Source: a virus
Lineage: Duplodnaviria > Caudoviricetes
IMG/VR virus record: IMGVR_UViG_3300014205_000174
Strand: one strand, 5' to 3'
Length of the DNA: 64,000 nucleotides
The notes under the pieces are model-generated. The model did not search any database. It saw only the letters and a program-made list of their open reading frames with translations, and was not told the origin of the DNA. The position numbers and the translations under genes were made by a program. Shown in pieces: positions 29,361 to 41,100 of this stretch. Each line of letters opens with the position of its first letter. The stretch's first letter is position 1.

Positions 29361-30649
29361 GCTATGATGGGAAAATATATTCAGGATGTTGATTTCAGAT
29401 TTATCAAAGGAAAATTATATGGTTGTCTGCGAAGGGGCGGCAGAATTATTAAATGTAGCACAAGCCCTAGCCAGGACGGACGCAAAATTTTATGCAGCCG
29501 TAATTAACCACCATGAGTCCTTTATTGAAGCGCCGGACTGTATTCGCCAGACTGTGCTGGCCTCCGAATTGGATACTATCGATACCGAATCTGACATTGA
29601 CCTGGAGACACACCCGTATCTCCAGTACCTGCTCAATGAAATCAGCGCCTATGAGACGAAGTACAATGCAACGAAAGTAAAGGAGCTGGAAGCCACTACA
29701 GAGCAATTGAAAGATTACTATTCCAGTTCCGCATCTACCTTATGGGAAAGAAAATGCGATACGGAGCGTCATTACAGGAAAGCCGCACCCTACTTCCCGG
29801 ACATTGTAAATAACAATGTGGTCTCATCGCCAAGTGCTGCCGGAATGAGAAAAATGGCCGCCGGTTTAGCTAATTAACTATTTTTGTTTTTACTTAAAGC
29901 AATTCATGACAGATAATTTATATTTCGGGAAGGATACTACTGAGGAGCGATTAAATAATGAGCGCAATCAGCGTTCTTTTATAAAAGAACTAAAACAGGC
30001 ATTGCCGGACATCCTCATGTACGACGCCTACAGCCCGACATTAGGCTTCCGGATAAGTGTATTTGTTGATGATTTACAAAAATTCAACTACTGTTCATGG
30101 CTGCTTTCTACCGACTGGTATTCGCATTCAGAATATCTTACCAGTCTACAGAATGATGATGCCGGCCAAGGTGAATTAAAGTCGTTTCTCGAATTTTCGA
30201 TGCTGCAATACCCGCAAGCTTACGGCGAGGAGCGCCTGAAGAAACTACCGATATAACCGCTATATTTGCTTTCTTCCATTTTAAAACCAAATAAAAAAAA
30301 CAACCAATGAAAAAAACATTATTAGCAGTCGCTTTATTAGCATTGGCGTCCACGACGTCTACATTTGCCCAGTCGAATACCCCGGCATCCGACACTACGA
30401 AAAACGCTGCTTCGGTTACGGGCCAGCCGCAGCAGCCAGAGAGAAAATACGTCATCTACCTTACCGCACAGCAAATCTCCTTACTGGGCCAGATTATGTC
30501 ATCGTCCACCGCGCCGTATGTTAATGTAATCGCCCTGGAGAAGATACTTAACGAGCAACTGGGGCCGCAATCAACCCCCGATAATACCAACGCCAACGCA
30601 ACCCCGGTAAAAACGCCGCCAGCGCCGCCTGCTAAGAAGAAATAAAGTT

Positions 30650-30664
30650 TGGCACGGGAATTGC
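30650..30664 (+). promoter_or_regulatory. sigma54-type promoter
   Basis: TGGCACG-GGAA-TTGC. Confidence 0.85.
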
Positions 30665-30677
30665 TTTATAACCTGTT

Positions 30678-31061
30678 ATGAAAGCAACTGAAATTCGGCT
30701 TGGCAACCTTATACAGACCAATGATACGCATTGGTCACCAGGACTTCAGCACAAGCACACTCTTGTTAATTTAAGTATTTTTTGCAGTTTAGTTACTACG
30801 GAATGTTCTCCCTACGAGGGCATTCCGTTGACTTATAATTTAGTTTGCGACCTGCTTAACTTTGAACTATATCATGGAAACCCAAGACTTGAAAGCTTTT
30901 ACGTTAACAAGCAGGGCTACTATCCTTTTCATATCTACGAGCACCGAGACCAGACTTTTTGGTTTAATGAGCATTTGCAAATAAAGTACGTACATCAAAT
31001 GCAAAATCTTTATTTTGCCCTTACCGGGGAAGAGTTAATCATTTCAACCAATGAGCGATAA
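30678..31061 (+). CDS. Bacteroidota-phage family protein (ELRIGN...HQLQNLYFALTG type)
   Basis: EIRLGN, GIPLT, YVHQMQNLYFALTGEEL; paralogs at 31051, 49833 and 50979. Confidence 0.65.
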   Translation: MKATEIRLGNLIQTNDTHWSPGLQHKHTLVNLSIFCSLVTTECSPYEGIPLTYNLVCDLLNFELYHGNPRLESFYVNKQGYYPFHIYEHRDQTFWFNEHLQIKYVHQMQNLYFALTGEELIISTNER

Positions 31062-31440
31062 AATTATACGGGCTATAACACCGGCAGAAGTACGATACGG
31101 AAATAAGCTTCTGTATAAAAACAAGATTGTGCCTATAATTGGCATCCACGAAACGACGCTCCGCGTGAAGGGCCTTGGTGATATTTCTATTTTAGACTTT
31201 AAGCCCATCCCTATTACTCCTGGCCTACTGAAGCGTTACGGCTTTACTTTTAACAAGAGGGCCAACGAGTATACCCATTATGACGAGCATGCTTTTATAC
31301 TTCGGGGCTCTCCGTCTGGCAGGCTGGGATATTATATAACTTATGGGGTACAGCGCGATGGATTTAAATATATCCAGTACTTTCATGAACTACAAAATGT
31401 TTTCTTTTTACTTACCGGTATAGAGTTAGCTACCAAATAA
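31051..31440 (+). CDS. Bacteroidota-phage family protein (paralog)
   Basis: EVRYGN, PIPIT...YGF, YFHELQNVFFLLTG.EL. Confidence 0.65.
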   Translation: MSDKIIRAITPAEVRYGNKLLYKNKIVPIIGIHETTLRVKGLGDISILDFKPIPITPGLLKRYGFTFNKRANEYTHYDEHAFILRGSPSGRLGYYITYGVQRDGFKYIQYFHELQNVFFLLTGIELATK

Positions 31441-31443
31441 TTT

Positions 31444-32286
31444 ATGTTTAATAGCGTATCAAAAATAAATCCTGTTATAGCCTGGTGGAGCGGCGGAGCC
31501 GATAGTGCCATCACCTGCTGGTTTTGCCTGCAATGGTTTGGGAAAGAGAATGTGCGGGTTATTTTCATTGATACCAAAAATGAAGATAAAGACACCTATC
31601 GCTTTAAAGCAGACTGCGAGCGATGGCTTGGTGTTCCCATAGAAACAATCAGCACTGATAAATGGGAAACCATTGAAGAAGTATGGGAACATTACTTATC
31701 GCTTAATGTGGCTACCGGCGCGATATGCTCAACAGAGCTTAAAAGAGTGGTACGACAGAACTTTCAAATGAAAAATGCTTATTCCTATCAGGCATTTGGG
31801 TTTGATGCAAAAGAAATAAACAGGGCGCGGAACATGAAACGCAATTACCCGGATTCTAATCCCATTTTCCCGCTTATTTACCAATTGATAGACAAGGGAG
31901 AGTCAATTAAAATGCTTCAAAAGCACGGCATAGAAGTCCCTGATTCTTACAAAATGGGATATTCGAACAATAATTGCCTTGAAACAGGATGCGTAAAGGG
32001 GGGGATAGGATATTGGCAGAAATTTAGGGTGGATTTCCCAGACAGGTATTATAAAATGGCTATGCGGGAACATTATTATACCAGGCTAAAAGGAGAACCC
32101 GTAACCATTTGTAAAGACCAATCAAAAGACGGAGGCCTTGTTTTTTTGCTGCCAAATCCAGATTATCCGCACATGAAAGACCTTTCAATGATGAAAGGTC
32201 GAATGCCGGAGCCATTAATGGAGTGCAATGGCTTCTGTAGCGTAAACGATGTTGTAAATAATATTAAGAAAATAGCCAACAAATAA
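31444..32286 (+). CDS. PAPS reductase-like (PP-loop) protein
   Basis: WWSGGADSA PP-loop, GAICSTELKR, YSNNNC..GCVKGG.GYW. Confidence 0.8.
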   Translation: MFNSVSKINPVIAWWSGGADSAITCWFCLQWFGKENVRVIFIDTKNEDKDTYRFKADCERWLGVPIETISTDKWETIEEVWEHYLSLNVATGAICSTELKRVVRQNFQMKNAYSYQAFGFDAKEINRARNMKRNYPDSNPIFPLIYQLIDKGESIKMLQKHGIEVPDSYKMGYSNNNCLETGCVKGGIGYWQKFRVDFPDRYYKMAMREHYYTRLKGEPVTICKDQSKDGGLVFLLPNPDYPHMKDLSMMKGRMPEPLMECNGFCSVNDVVNNIKKIANK

Positions 32287-32828
32287 CAAGGACATGAACA
32301 CATACGAAAAAGCAGCAATAGCAGTTGCAGAAAGGCGCGTACCGTACTTTCCGCTATCTGACAGAGCGATTCAATTACAAGTAGAAACCATAGAACTGGC
32401 CTTGGCCTTGGGCGACAACAGCATGGATAAAATTGGGGCCAAAATTGGACATATAAGTTTTTTGTTGCTTGTTATAGCTTATAGGGTTAATGCTCAAAAA
32501 TCGCTTCAAACCTACATTGACGAGGCAATGGCCAATATGGGCGTACATGACACAAACAAGCAGGACTTGCTAACAACATCCGTTTCGGATTTCGCCACTA
32601 CTGTCATAAAATTGTGGGCCTCCTTAATGCCATCGCCCAAGAGCAACACAGATTCCCTTATCGGCACCTGCGCATACCTGCTTTACCAAATAAACGATGC
32701 CTTCAATGATATCTATTCACGTCACTTGGAGTACAAGCGCAGTATCTTCTGGCGCATAGAGGACGCTTCCGAAAATATAGAATGCGCCGCCTTAAACATA
32801 CCTATCGACAATTAAAATAACACCCCTG

Positions 32829-34373
32829 ATGTTTAACAGAGATTTTTATCCAACGCCTGACGATGTCATTGACCGTATGATATACGGGATTGATGTATCC
32901 GGCAAAGTCATCCTGGAGCCCAGTGCCGGGAAGGGGAATATAGTGGACTACCTGCATGCCAATGGCGCAAAGGAAGTAATTACCTGCGAACTCAATAAAG
33001 AACTCAATATTATTCTTCAGAGCAAGAGCCGCGTTATTGCTCATGACTTCCTGACGCTAAAGTCCGATGATGTAAGCCACATAAACCTCATCATAGGCAA
33101 TCCCCCATTCAGCGCAGATGACAAGCACATTCTGCATGCGTACAACATTGCTCCGCCTGGGTGCACCGTGGTCATGCTGTGCAACTACTCTATATACAAA
33201 AACCCATATACTAAAGTTCGGGAACAACTCTGGAGCCTTATCCGTGAAAACGGGAAAATAGAAAACCTCGGTAACTGCTTTGATAATGCAGAGCGGACTA
33301 CCAATGTCGAGGTTGGCTGCATCCATTTAAAGAAGCCAGGCAACGGCTACGACCAGGAATTTGAAGGTTTTTTTATGCAGGAGGAAGTAGAGGCGCAGGA
33401 AAACGGCATAATGCCCTACAGCATCATACGCGACCTCGTAAACAGGTATGTGGCCGCAGTGAAGTTATTTGACGAGCAAACGGACATGGGCGTAAGAATG
33501 AACCAGCTCACGTCTACGTTTTTTAGCAGCGAGCTGTCCTTTTCCTGCTCCTCTGATAAAGCACCGATACTGCGCAAGGATTTTCGCAAAGACCTTCAGA
33601 AATCTGCATGGCGCTGGGTATTCAGTAAAATGAATATGCAGAAGTACACGACCAAGGGCCTGATGGACGATATCAATAAGTTTGTTGAGAAACAAAACGA
33701 TGTACCTTTTACCATGCGCAACATCTATAAAATGATAGAGATTGTGGTCAATACCACTGATAGCCGCATGGACAGGGCCATAATAGAGGTTTTTGACAAG
33801 CTGACGTCTCACTATAAGGAGAACCGGTATAATGTCGAGGGATGGGCCACGAACAGCCATTACCTTGTAAATGAGAAATTTATCATGCCTGGGCTTTGCA
33901 CGCCTGGATTTAAGGGGCAAATAGAAATAAAATCCTATCGGAGTTCAAATTACGAATTGGTAGAAGATATGGCAAAGGCCCTGTGTTTTCTTACCAGAAA
34001 AAATTATGATGAAATCATATCGCTCCAGTCCTTTATTGATTATAGGTATCTACTGATGAAGGATGGGCACATTGTAAGCAGAACAACCGAAAATTACAGC
34101 GCCTGCTTTCACAGGTTGTCGGAAGCGAAATCGGCACAGAAAAAATTCGCAGAAAACGGGGTGAATGTCAGCATACATGACCGGCAGATTTATTGGGGAG
34201 AATGGTTTGAATGGTCTTTCTTCGAAATAAAGTGCTACAAAAAGGGTACAGCCCATATGAAATTTAAAGACAGGGATATCTGGGCCTTGTTCAACCAAAA
34301 TGTGTCGCGCATCAAGGGTTACCCGCTTCCGGAAGGCGTTTTCAGAAAAGAAAAAACAAAAAAAGCAGTATAA
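32829..34373 (+). CDS. N6-adenine DNA methyltransferase with DUF4942-like C-terminal domain
   Basis: DFYPTP, ILEPSAGKGN, NPPF; C-terminal FEIKCYKKGTAH.KF. Confidence 0.8.
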   Translation: MFNRDFYPTPDDVIDRMIYGIDVSGKVILEPSAGKGNIVDYLHANGAKEVITCELNKELNIILQSKSRVIAHDFLTLKSDDVSHINLIIGNPPFSADDKHILHAYNIAPPGCTVVMLCNYSIYKNPYTKVREQLWSLIRENGKIENLGNCFDNAERTTNVEVGCIHLKKPGNGYDQEFEGFFMQEEVEAQENGIMPYSIIRDLVNRYVAAVKLFDEQTDMGVRMNQLTSTFFSSELSFSCSSDKAPILRKDFRKDLQKSAWRWVFSKMNMQKYTTKGLMDDINKFVEKQNDVPFTMRNIYKMIEIVVNTTDSRMDRAIIEVFDKLTSHYKENRYNVEGWATNSHYLVNEKFIMPGLCTPGFKGQIEIKSYRSSNYELVEDMAKALCFLTRKNYDEIISLQSFIDYRYLLMKDGHIVSRTTENYSACFHRLSEAKSAQKKFAENGVNVSIHDRQIYWGEWFEWSFFEIKCYKKGTAHMKFKDRDIWALFNQNVSRIKGYPLPEGVFRKEKTKKAV

Positions 34374-36938
34374 TTTTGGCAATAAAACAACCAAACGATA
34401 TGAAAAAGACAGTGCTACTATTATTAATCATGTGCTTTGCGTGTAATGCAAACGCACAACACGATACCGCATATACCTTACCGCTGGGACAGGCTTTGCT
34501 ACTCACTTGGGACGTGAGCAAAGTTCGGCATGTGTACACCAGGTACTTTGATACAATTCCTGAGATGTCGGGCAACCTGGGTTTAACGTTGCGAACAGAA
34601 CGGGCGGGCGGGGATGGCTCAGATAACAACCCCGACACCATTTATGCCTGGAATCACTTTGAGTATATGCGATGCTGGGTGGACAAGGAAATGAATTGGT
34701 GGGATGTAGTTATGGATAAGGCATGGAACAGGTATCAGAAAAACCATTTTGCGAAAGACTATAACCAATATTCCACGGCAGCATTGAGGTACTATTATTG
34801 GAGCGGTGTCCGGGCCGGCATTCAATTGGTCATTCATGAAAGATATACTGACCCGCACTTTGATTTTGAGTTCAAAAGCAAGAAGCCGTAACCAGCACAT
34901 CAAATCATCAACTACAAACATTTTTATATGAGTATTTTTGAAGACCTGCAATCATCTGCATCGTGTATTAACATGGATTTGCAGACACTCCTGGCCGAAA
35001 CGGACGAGGAAAAGAAGAAAGTGATAGTCGAGCGCATGCAGCAGAACATTGACAGGTGCATGAAGTTATCGGTAGATGTACGCGATAATGCAGGGGCCAT
35101 ATACAACCTACTAAATAAGTTTTATCCGGTAGCGCTTAAGGATGTCACAGGGGCGCTGATTGCTGGCATGGCGCAAAACGCTCCTAAACCCTGGATAAAC
35201 AGTGGCATTAATCCGCGTAGTAGGCGTAAACGGTAAGTTTAACCGACGAAAATAACTTCAACAACATGAGCAAGAAAGCCAGAAATAAAAAAGCCACCGA
35301 CCGCTGGGAGTGGCGGGATTTGGATAGATACTTATTCGAACCTAAATTTTTAAAAGGCAATCGCAACTATTTGCGCCAGCCGCCACCGCTACGCATATTT
35401 TCAATATTTAATTTCCCGATAAAGGATTAAAATCAAGAGACTAATTATGAAAGAGAGACTACGTAACACCCCAATACCTGAAGAAACACCAGAACTAAAC
35501 TATAGAATAAAAAAGAAGATACTAAGACTATGGGATGGCGATAGGACAATATACAGAGTACAGAAGAAAGGATGGTTAGGTTGGTACTATATAGGAAAGC
35601 CATATACCACATCAGAGGCTGCTGCAAAAAATCAAATAAAAGAGCATATAAACAGGAGGCAAGCAAGAAAAACTGAAATAATACCAGCGATATGAAAGAA
35701 AAACTAATGGCTATAGCGTCATACATGGGCTACAAGACGTGGATTGCCGACAATGGGAATATTATGGCGGAAAACGCAGAAGGCGGTGCCGGACATATTG
35801 ATAGTATGTGTTTGCCATTCCAGTACCATACGAAAATAGAACTGCTTTACCCTGTGGCGGGTAAGGTTGTGAAAGAGTTGAGAGAAATGCATAGCGGTAA
35901 GGCTACCATGTGCGTATGCGACATTGAAGATGCCAACAGCCTATTTGAATCGCCACCTACAACACTTTTTGAGGCTGTTTTTGAAGGAGCGAAATTTTTA
36001 AATCAATTTTCACCACCACAAAATCAACCCAAATGACAACAATATTTACACGCGGGCCGCAGCAGCCTGACAAGAAAGAAAAGTCGATAGTATTTCAATC
36101 GTTCCTGGTGTTAGGGCACGAGCCTACAAACGGAAGATTGGCCGAAGCAATGAAATCGCCTAAAGAATACGCCAACATTGAAATAATATGTGAGGACTAT
36201 GAGCACGGGGGCAAGTCCCTGATGTTTGCATATGACACCGACAGGGCCAACGGCCATTTGTACATAGGATACGCAAATGATAAATTCGTAGAGTAGCGCC
36301 TGGATTGCAAAATAATTACTAATAAACATGAACCGACACTGCCCCCATACCAACCTTCCTTGCGAATTCGAAAACTGCTTCCTGGATTGCAGCGCAGATG
36401 ATGCCTCTATTGACTCCCGGCAGCATGCAACGCCAGCTCCCGGCAGGGGAGCCCACTACCTTCCGGCAGGGCAACCCTCTATACCGGTATCCGAACCAAA
36501 ACCAGTCAACACCGGGAAGAAATCGAGAAAGCAAATAAGGAAGGACAACCAGGTTACCGCCGATGCGTGGCGAATATCGAAACCTGAACAGCTACTGGAT
36601 ATCCAGCATATTGACCTTGTCGCATCTGAAAAGTACGAAAAACACAAGGAAAATGTGGCCCGCAGAATATCCCTGGCAATGGGCGATGGTGATTACGCAA
36701 AATATCTCCCGGCGGCAAGGGCACTGGTGCAATTCGAATACCAGGCATTTATCAGGGGCGTAATGAGCAGGGATATTATCCCGCACTTCACGCATAAGTT
36801 TGGCAAAAAAGTGTATTTTTTGCCACTTTCGAAGCCGCTGGACATCGCGCTTAAAAAATTCGGATACGCTCCGGAATATAGCAAGGAGCTCGGATATGCC
36901 GAGTATTAAATTTATATTTTAAAAAACACGCATACTAT

Positions 36939-37361
36939 ATGGAAAACAGAATTACATCGGAAAATATTACATCGCTCAAAGAAGGCGAGATATTTGTCTT
37001 CGGCTCCAACCTTTCGGGCAGACACGGCAAGTTTGCGGCCAAGCTTGCATTAAACTTTGGCGCTGTATGGGGCCAGGCTGCCGGCCTACAGGGAAACAGC
37101 TATGGCATTCCTACCAAAAACCATTCGATTACCAAAACGCTGCCTATTGACGAAATTAAACCCTATGTGGATAAATTTATCGCTGTGGCAAGGGAAAACA
37201 GCCATCTGACCTTTTTAGTTACCCAGGTTGGATGCGGGGCCGCTGGATATAAGCCAAAAGATATTGCGCCGCTCTTCCAGGAAGCCTTTGGCGTTGAGAA
37301 CATTCATCTCCCAAAATCATTCTGGCGCATCATTACCGCGCGTCACCTTAAAAAAAAATGA
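36939..37361 (+). CDS. A1S_2505-like (macrodomain-related) phage protein
   Basis: EIFVFGSNLSGRHG..AA, G.QG.SYGIPT, FLVTQVGCG.AG. Confidence 0.75.
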   Translation: MENRITSENITSLKEGEIFVFGSNLSGRHGKFAAKLALNFGAVWGQAAGLQGNSYGIPTKNHSITKTLPIDEIKPYVDKFIAVARENSHLTFLVTQVGCGAAGYKPKDIAPLFQEAFGVENIHLPKSFWRIITARHLKKK

Positions 37362-38170
37362 GCACAATGCCTGATTTCCTGTTTCAAATAAAGGGTAAAA
37401 ACGAACAGCGCGCGTGGCTATGGCCACCGCTGTGGACGGATAAGGTAACGGCCAGCGATGCCAAACAGGCCCGTTTAATGGTGGAGGAGCAGTTTGGTAT
37501 AAAAATGCCTGGACGTGTAATGCGCAAAGACATTGAAACACAGACCATCCTGCTTATTATCAAGGAAATTAAGCCAGAGGATACTTATACTTTGGCTATG
37601 TGGGATAAACACCAGTGTAAGTTGTGCGCAAAGGAGTACACGCTTGTCGAGCGCTATCAGTTAGGTTATAACGGAGGTGGGCAGGAATTTTGTTCCTACA
37701 AATGCAGCAAAGAATATAATACGGTAGCTTCTTACGTGGAAGCCTTTAACCAGAGTGGCAACGGCAAGCACCCGCCTGTTATTTATAAGGTTACCAACAA
37801 GATTAATGGCATGTGCTACATTGGCAAGACCATGCAGGCCTTTACCTTCAGGTGGTACCAGCACTTCTTCCAGGGCCGCACCAGCAAATTTCACAAAGCC
37901 ATTAAAACCTACGCATACACTGACTGGACATTTGAGGTCATAGAGATTGTGCAGCTCCCATCGGATACTAAGAACATATCCACCATGAATGATTTCATCT
38001 TCAGCCGGGAAATGCACTGGATTAACCACTATGACAGCATAAAGAATGGCTACAACTCGGTGAACTCAAAAAATGAATTCGAGGAGGAAGTAACGGATGT
38101 ACACCCAAATATTTCCAGTACTATTTTCGAATGCCTCGACAACCAACAAACTGTTGAAAACTCGCAGTAA
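37358..38170 (+). CDS. GIY-YIG nuclease-domain protein
   Basis: VIYKVTNKINGMCYIGKT...RW.QH...E..WI..YDS..NGYN, preceded by a CxxC..FCS.KC Zn motif. Confidence 0.8.
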   Translation: MSTMPDFLFQIKGKNEQRAWLWPPLWTDKVTASDAKQARLMVEEQFGIKMPGRVMRKDIETQTILLIIKEIKPEDTYTLAMWDKHQCKLCAKEYTLVERYQLGYNGGGQEFCSYKCSKEYNTVASYVEAFNQSGNGKHPPVIYKVTNKINGMCYIGKTMQAFTFRWYQHFFQGRTSKFHKAIKTYAYTDWTFEVIEIVQLPSDTKNISTMNDFIFSREMHWINHYDSIKNGYNSVNSKNEFEEEVTDVHPNISSTIFECLDNQQTVENSQ

Positions 38171-38173
38171 ACT

Positions 38174-38188
38174 TGGCACACATTTTGC
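38174..38188 (+). promoter_or_regulatory. sigma54-type promoter
   Basis: TGGCACA-CATT-TTGC. Confidence 0.8.
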
Positions 38189-41100
38189 CATTGTTATAAT
38201 ACGCTACAAATACATCGCTACAAATAATTATCATGGATAGTCCAATTGATGTAAATAAAATACTAGAGCTGCTTTTTGATTGTGATGAGTATGCAAGTAC
38301 ACGGGATAGGCTCGCAATATCGCGAAGCGTTACTTTAAAAACACTTAGGCAACTGGGCGCTGCATTCAACTGGCATCTGTGTGAGAATGCTGTTTCTACT
38401 AAGGAGTCTGTAGCCGACTGGGTAAAACATTTTGGCCATTGGCTAAATCAACAAGGCTCCGCACCCGTCTCTATACCCACAGATAGGATATCAGCAGCAA
38501 AAAACTTCGGAATAGAACCACGCAACCTGGATAACCTACTGGCTGGTAAAGCCGATATCGGCACCGCAAGTGCATTAGGGATTACGACAACTAAACTTCA
38601 GGAGTTTTTAGATTGTCAGGCAAATGCAGACATGGGAATATTGCTGAGCACTTCAACCGCCGCATTGCAGGAGTTTTTATATAAATTAGGCAAACAAGGC
38701 GCTGTTGGCCTTATTCTCGGACTGCTTATTAAAATAAAAAAATGACCTTAAGCGATAATCAAATAGCAATTATACGGCGCATGAAAAAGGGAGAGCCATT
38801 GACTCGCTCAAAAGATTCCGGTCTTTTCTGGATAGACACCTATGACCAGGTGAAGAGCAACGTAGCCAATAGCCTTATCTACTTAAACATAATCCAGGAA
38901 GATACCGACAAGCGGGATAACTACAGTGTTTTTTATAAGCTCGACCCAACGCTTCCCGGCTAACTATGGCTTGCGCTGACACTTACATTGACCCAAGCGA
39001 ACTAGCACACAGCTTCATTTACAGCCTCCGGGCCGGCGACTCCTTTAAGTTACATGGGAAAAATATAGAGGTGGTCAAAAAATCAGCGACTGGAGCTCTT
39101 ACGCTGAATATTGAGGGTCGCGGTACAAAGCGACTGCATTTTAAATATGGGCAATACTTTGGAACCATGGGCCGTGGCGTTGATTGGTTTGATAACTACT
39201 TCAGGGACATAGAAGGAGTCATTATTGTAGACCTGCTTAACCGGTATAATCCATTTCACACGCCATCAGTCTTCAGCACTAAGCCACAAGAACATTCCTG
39301 AATGCTATATTGAGCAATTGCCATTTATCCATGCTGGTTAAAGCTGGCTTTTGCTCCTGCACCCACTCTGGCCCATACTTATCTTCCAGCATCACCAGTA
39401 TTTCCTTTTCCGTGTAACTATTTTCAAATTCAGAAAGACACTGCCGCTCAATGCATTCAGCCTCGTCCCTGGCTCCTATTACCTGGTTAATGCAAACAGT
39501 GCCGTCAATACCCAGCAGGGCAAATGATTTGTTCTGTTTTTTATTTACGACAGTGTAGAAAAACACGCCGGTAAATCCCTTGCTGAGCGTTGCCTTTAAA
39601 TTTTCAGTTTGTATTTCGTTCCTCATAATGGCCATAAGTTACATAAAACAAGAAAAACCTGCTATTCCCATAGCAGGCAATAAATAAAGAAATGTGCGGT
39701 TTTATGCAGTAGCCGCAGGCGTAACTGCCGCAGCAGCGACCGGAGCCGCAGACATACTGCCGCCCTGATTATAACCCACTACAAAACCTAACGCAGCACA
39801 TATAAAACCTATGTGATGGGCGTACTGTGGCTTTAAAAAACGTCCACCTACTTCGCCAATCGCAAAACCAACGACTGCACCTATAGCACCATTACGCAGT
39901 TTAATGTTTTCCATAAAATAGATTTAGTGTGTTATAAAAATGTATAAGATGGCACAAATATAAATAAATTATTTTGGAAATAAAAAACCCTGCATAAAGC
40001 AGGGTAGATATTATAAATAAATCAAGGCATTATGTTACTGGTTCCGATAGGCATCTATCATGTCGTAATGATTGCTGTACACCAGCGGGGATGGGGTAAA
40101 ACCGTCCGGCCCAGGGATGCCCTCATTTATCTGAAACGTAATAAAGCCAGCGCACTCCTTGGTATTTTCATCGCATTCCCGATTGTTGCCATCTTCGCTG
40201 GATACGGTCGTTTTGTGGCAATGGAACGAGCCAAATACATTCGTAGCGTGCTCAGCCAGCTCGTGGCCAAATGCAGGCCGCAGGAATGGCTTGACGTCCA
40301 TGCGGAATGGGCATTTATTGCACGGCTGCTTCATGAAATATGCATTCTCGCTACTCATGCACCAGTTTTAATGCGTTTGCGGCCACCTCCTCAAACTTGC
40401 GCATGTCGTATGGCAGACCGTGCACGACTTTACGCATTTGCATTTCACACGACTCAAGCATAAGCCTCAACATCTTTATTTGCTCATCCTGGTTACTTTC
40501 CTGCGGCGCAAAATGTGCATGCAACTGGAGATAAAGCGCATGCAGCGTGGTGTCAGAGAAAATAATCTCATTTTTTATTTGCCGGAATGAAATATTCCCG
40601 CCAGCATCCATACGCTGCTTCACTTCTATTTTCGGCCCTATCGACTGAAGTAGGGTAAATGCCAGTGGCTCGGTGGTGTCTTTATTTTTCATATTGGTGT
40701 TTACTTGTTAAATCCCGCATGTAATGTTTTCGTTTGTCCGTCTCGTCACTTTCGTGAAACCAGGTATTCCATTTGGTACCAGGAAAGAATACGCCAACTT
40801 CTTTGTTTTTCTCTCCAAAAATTCGAATCTCCTGCACTGTCCCTATACGGGATGTCGCATGCTGAATATCATGGTTTACCTCTACTGTAAAATTACCAGC
40901 AGCGGCAGCGTTTAAAATATCTTGCATGTTCATAATGACTATGGTAGTTGTTGTGTTTGCAATTAAAGCTATTCCCAAATATTAGTATCCTGATTAAAAA
41001 CCGGTTGCTTGCCCATCCGCCCAAGCTTGTACGCATAATCCACTATATCAGAAAATGACATGCCGCTTTCATTGTAATTATGCAGACATGCGTCATGTAT

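Noticed and set aside
32294-32815. MazG-like pyrophosphatase
   Set aside because: The helical pattern is suggestive, but the acidic EExxE/ExxD metal ligands are mostly absent.
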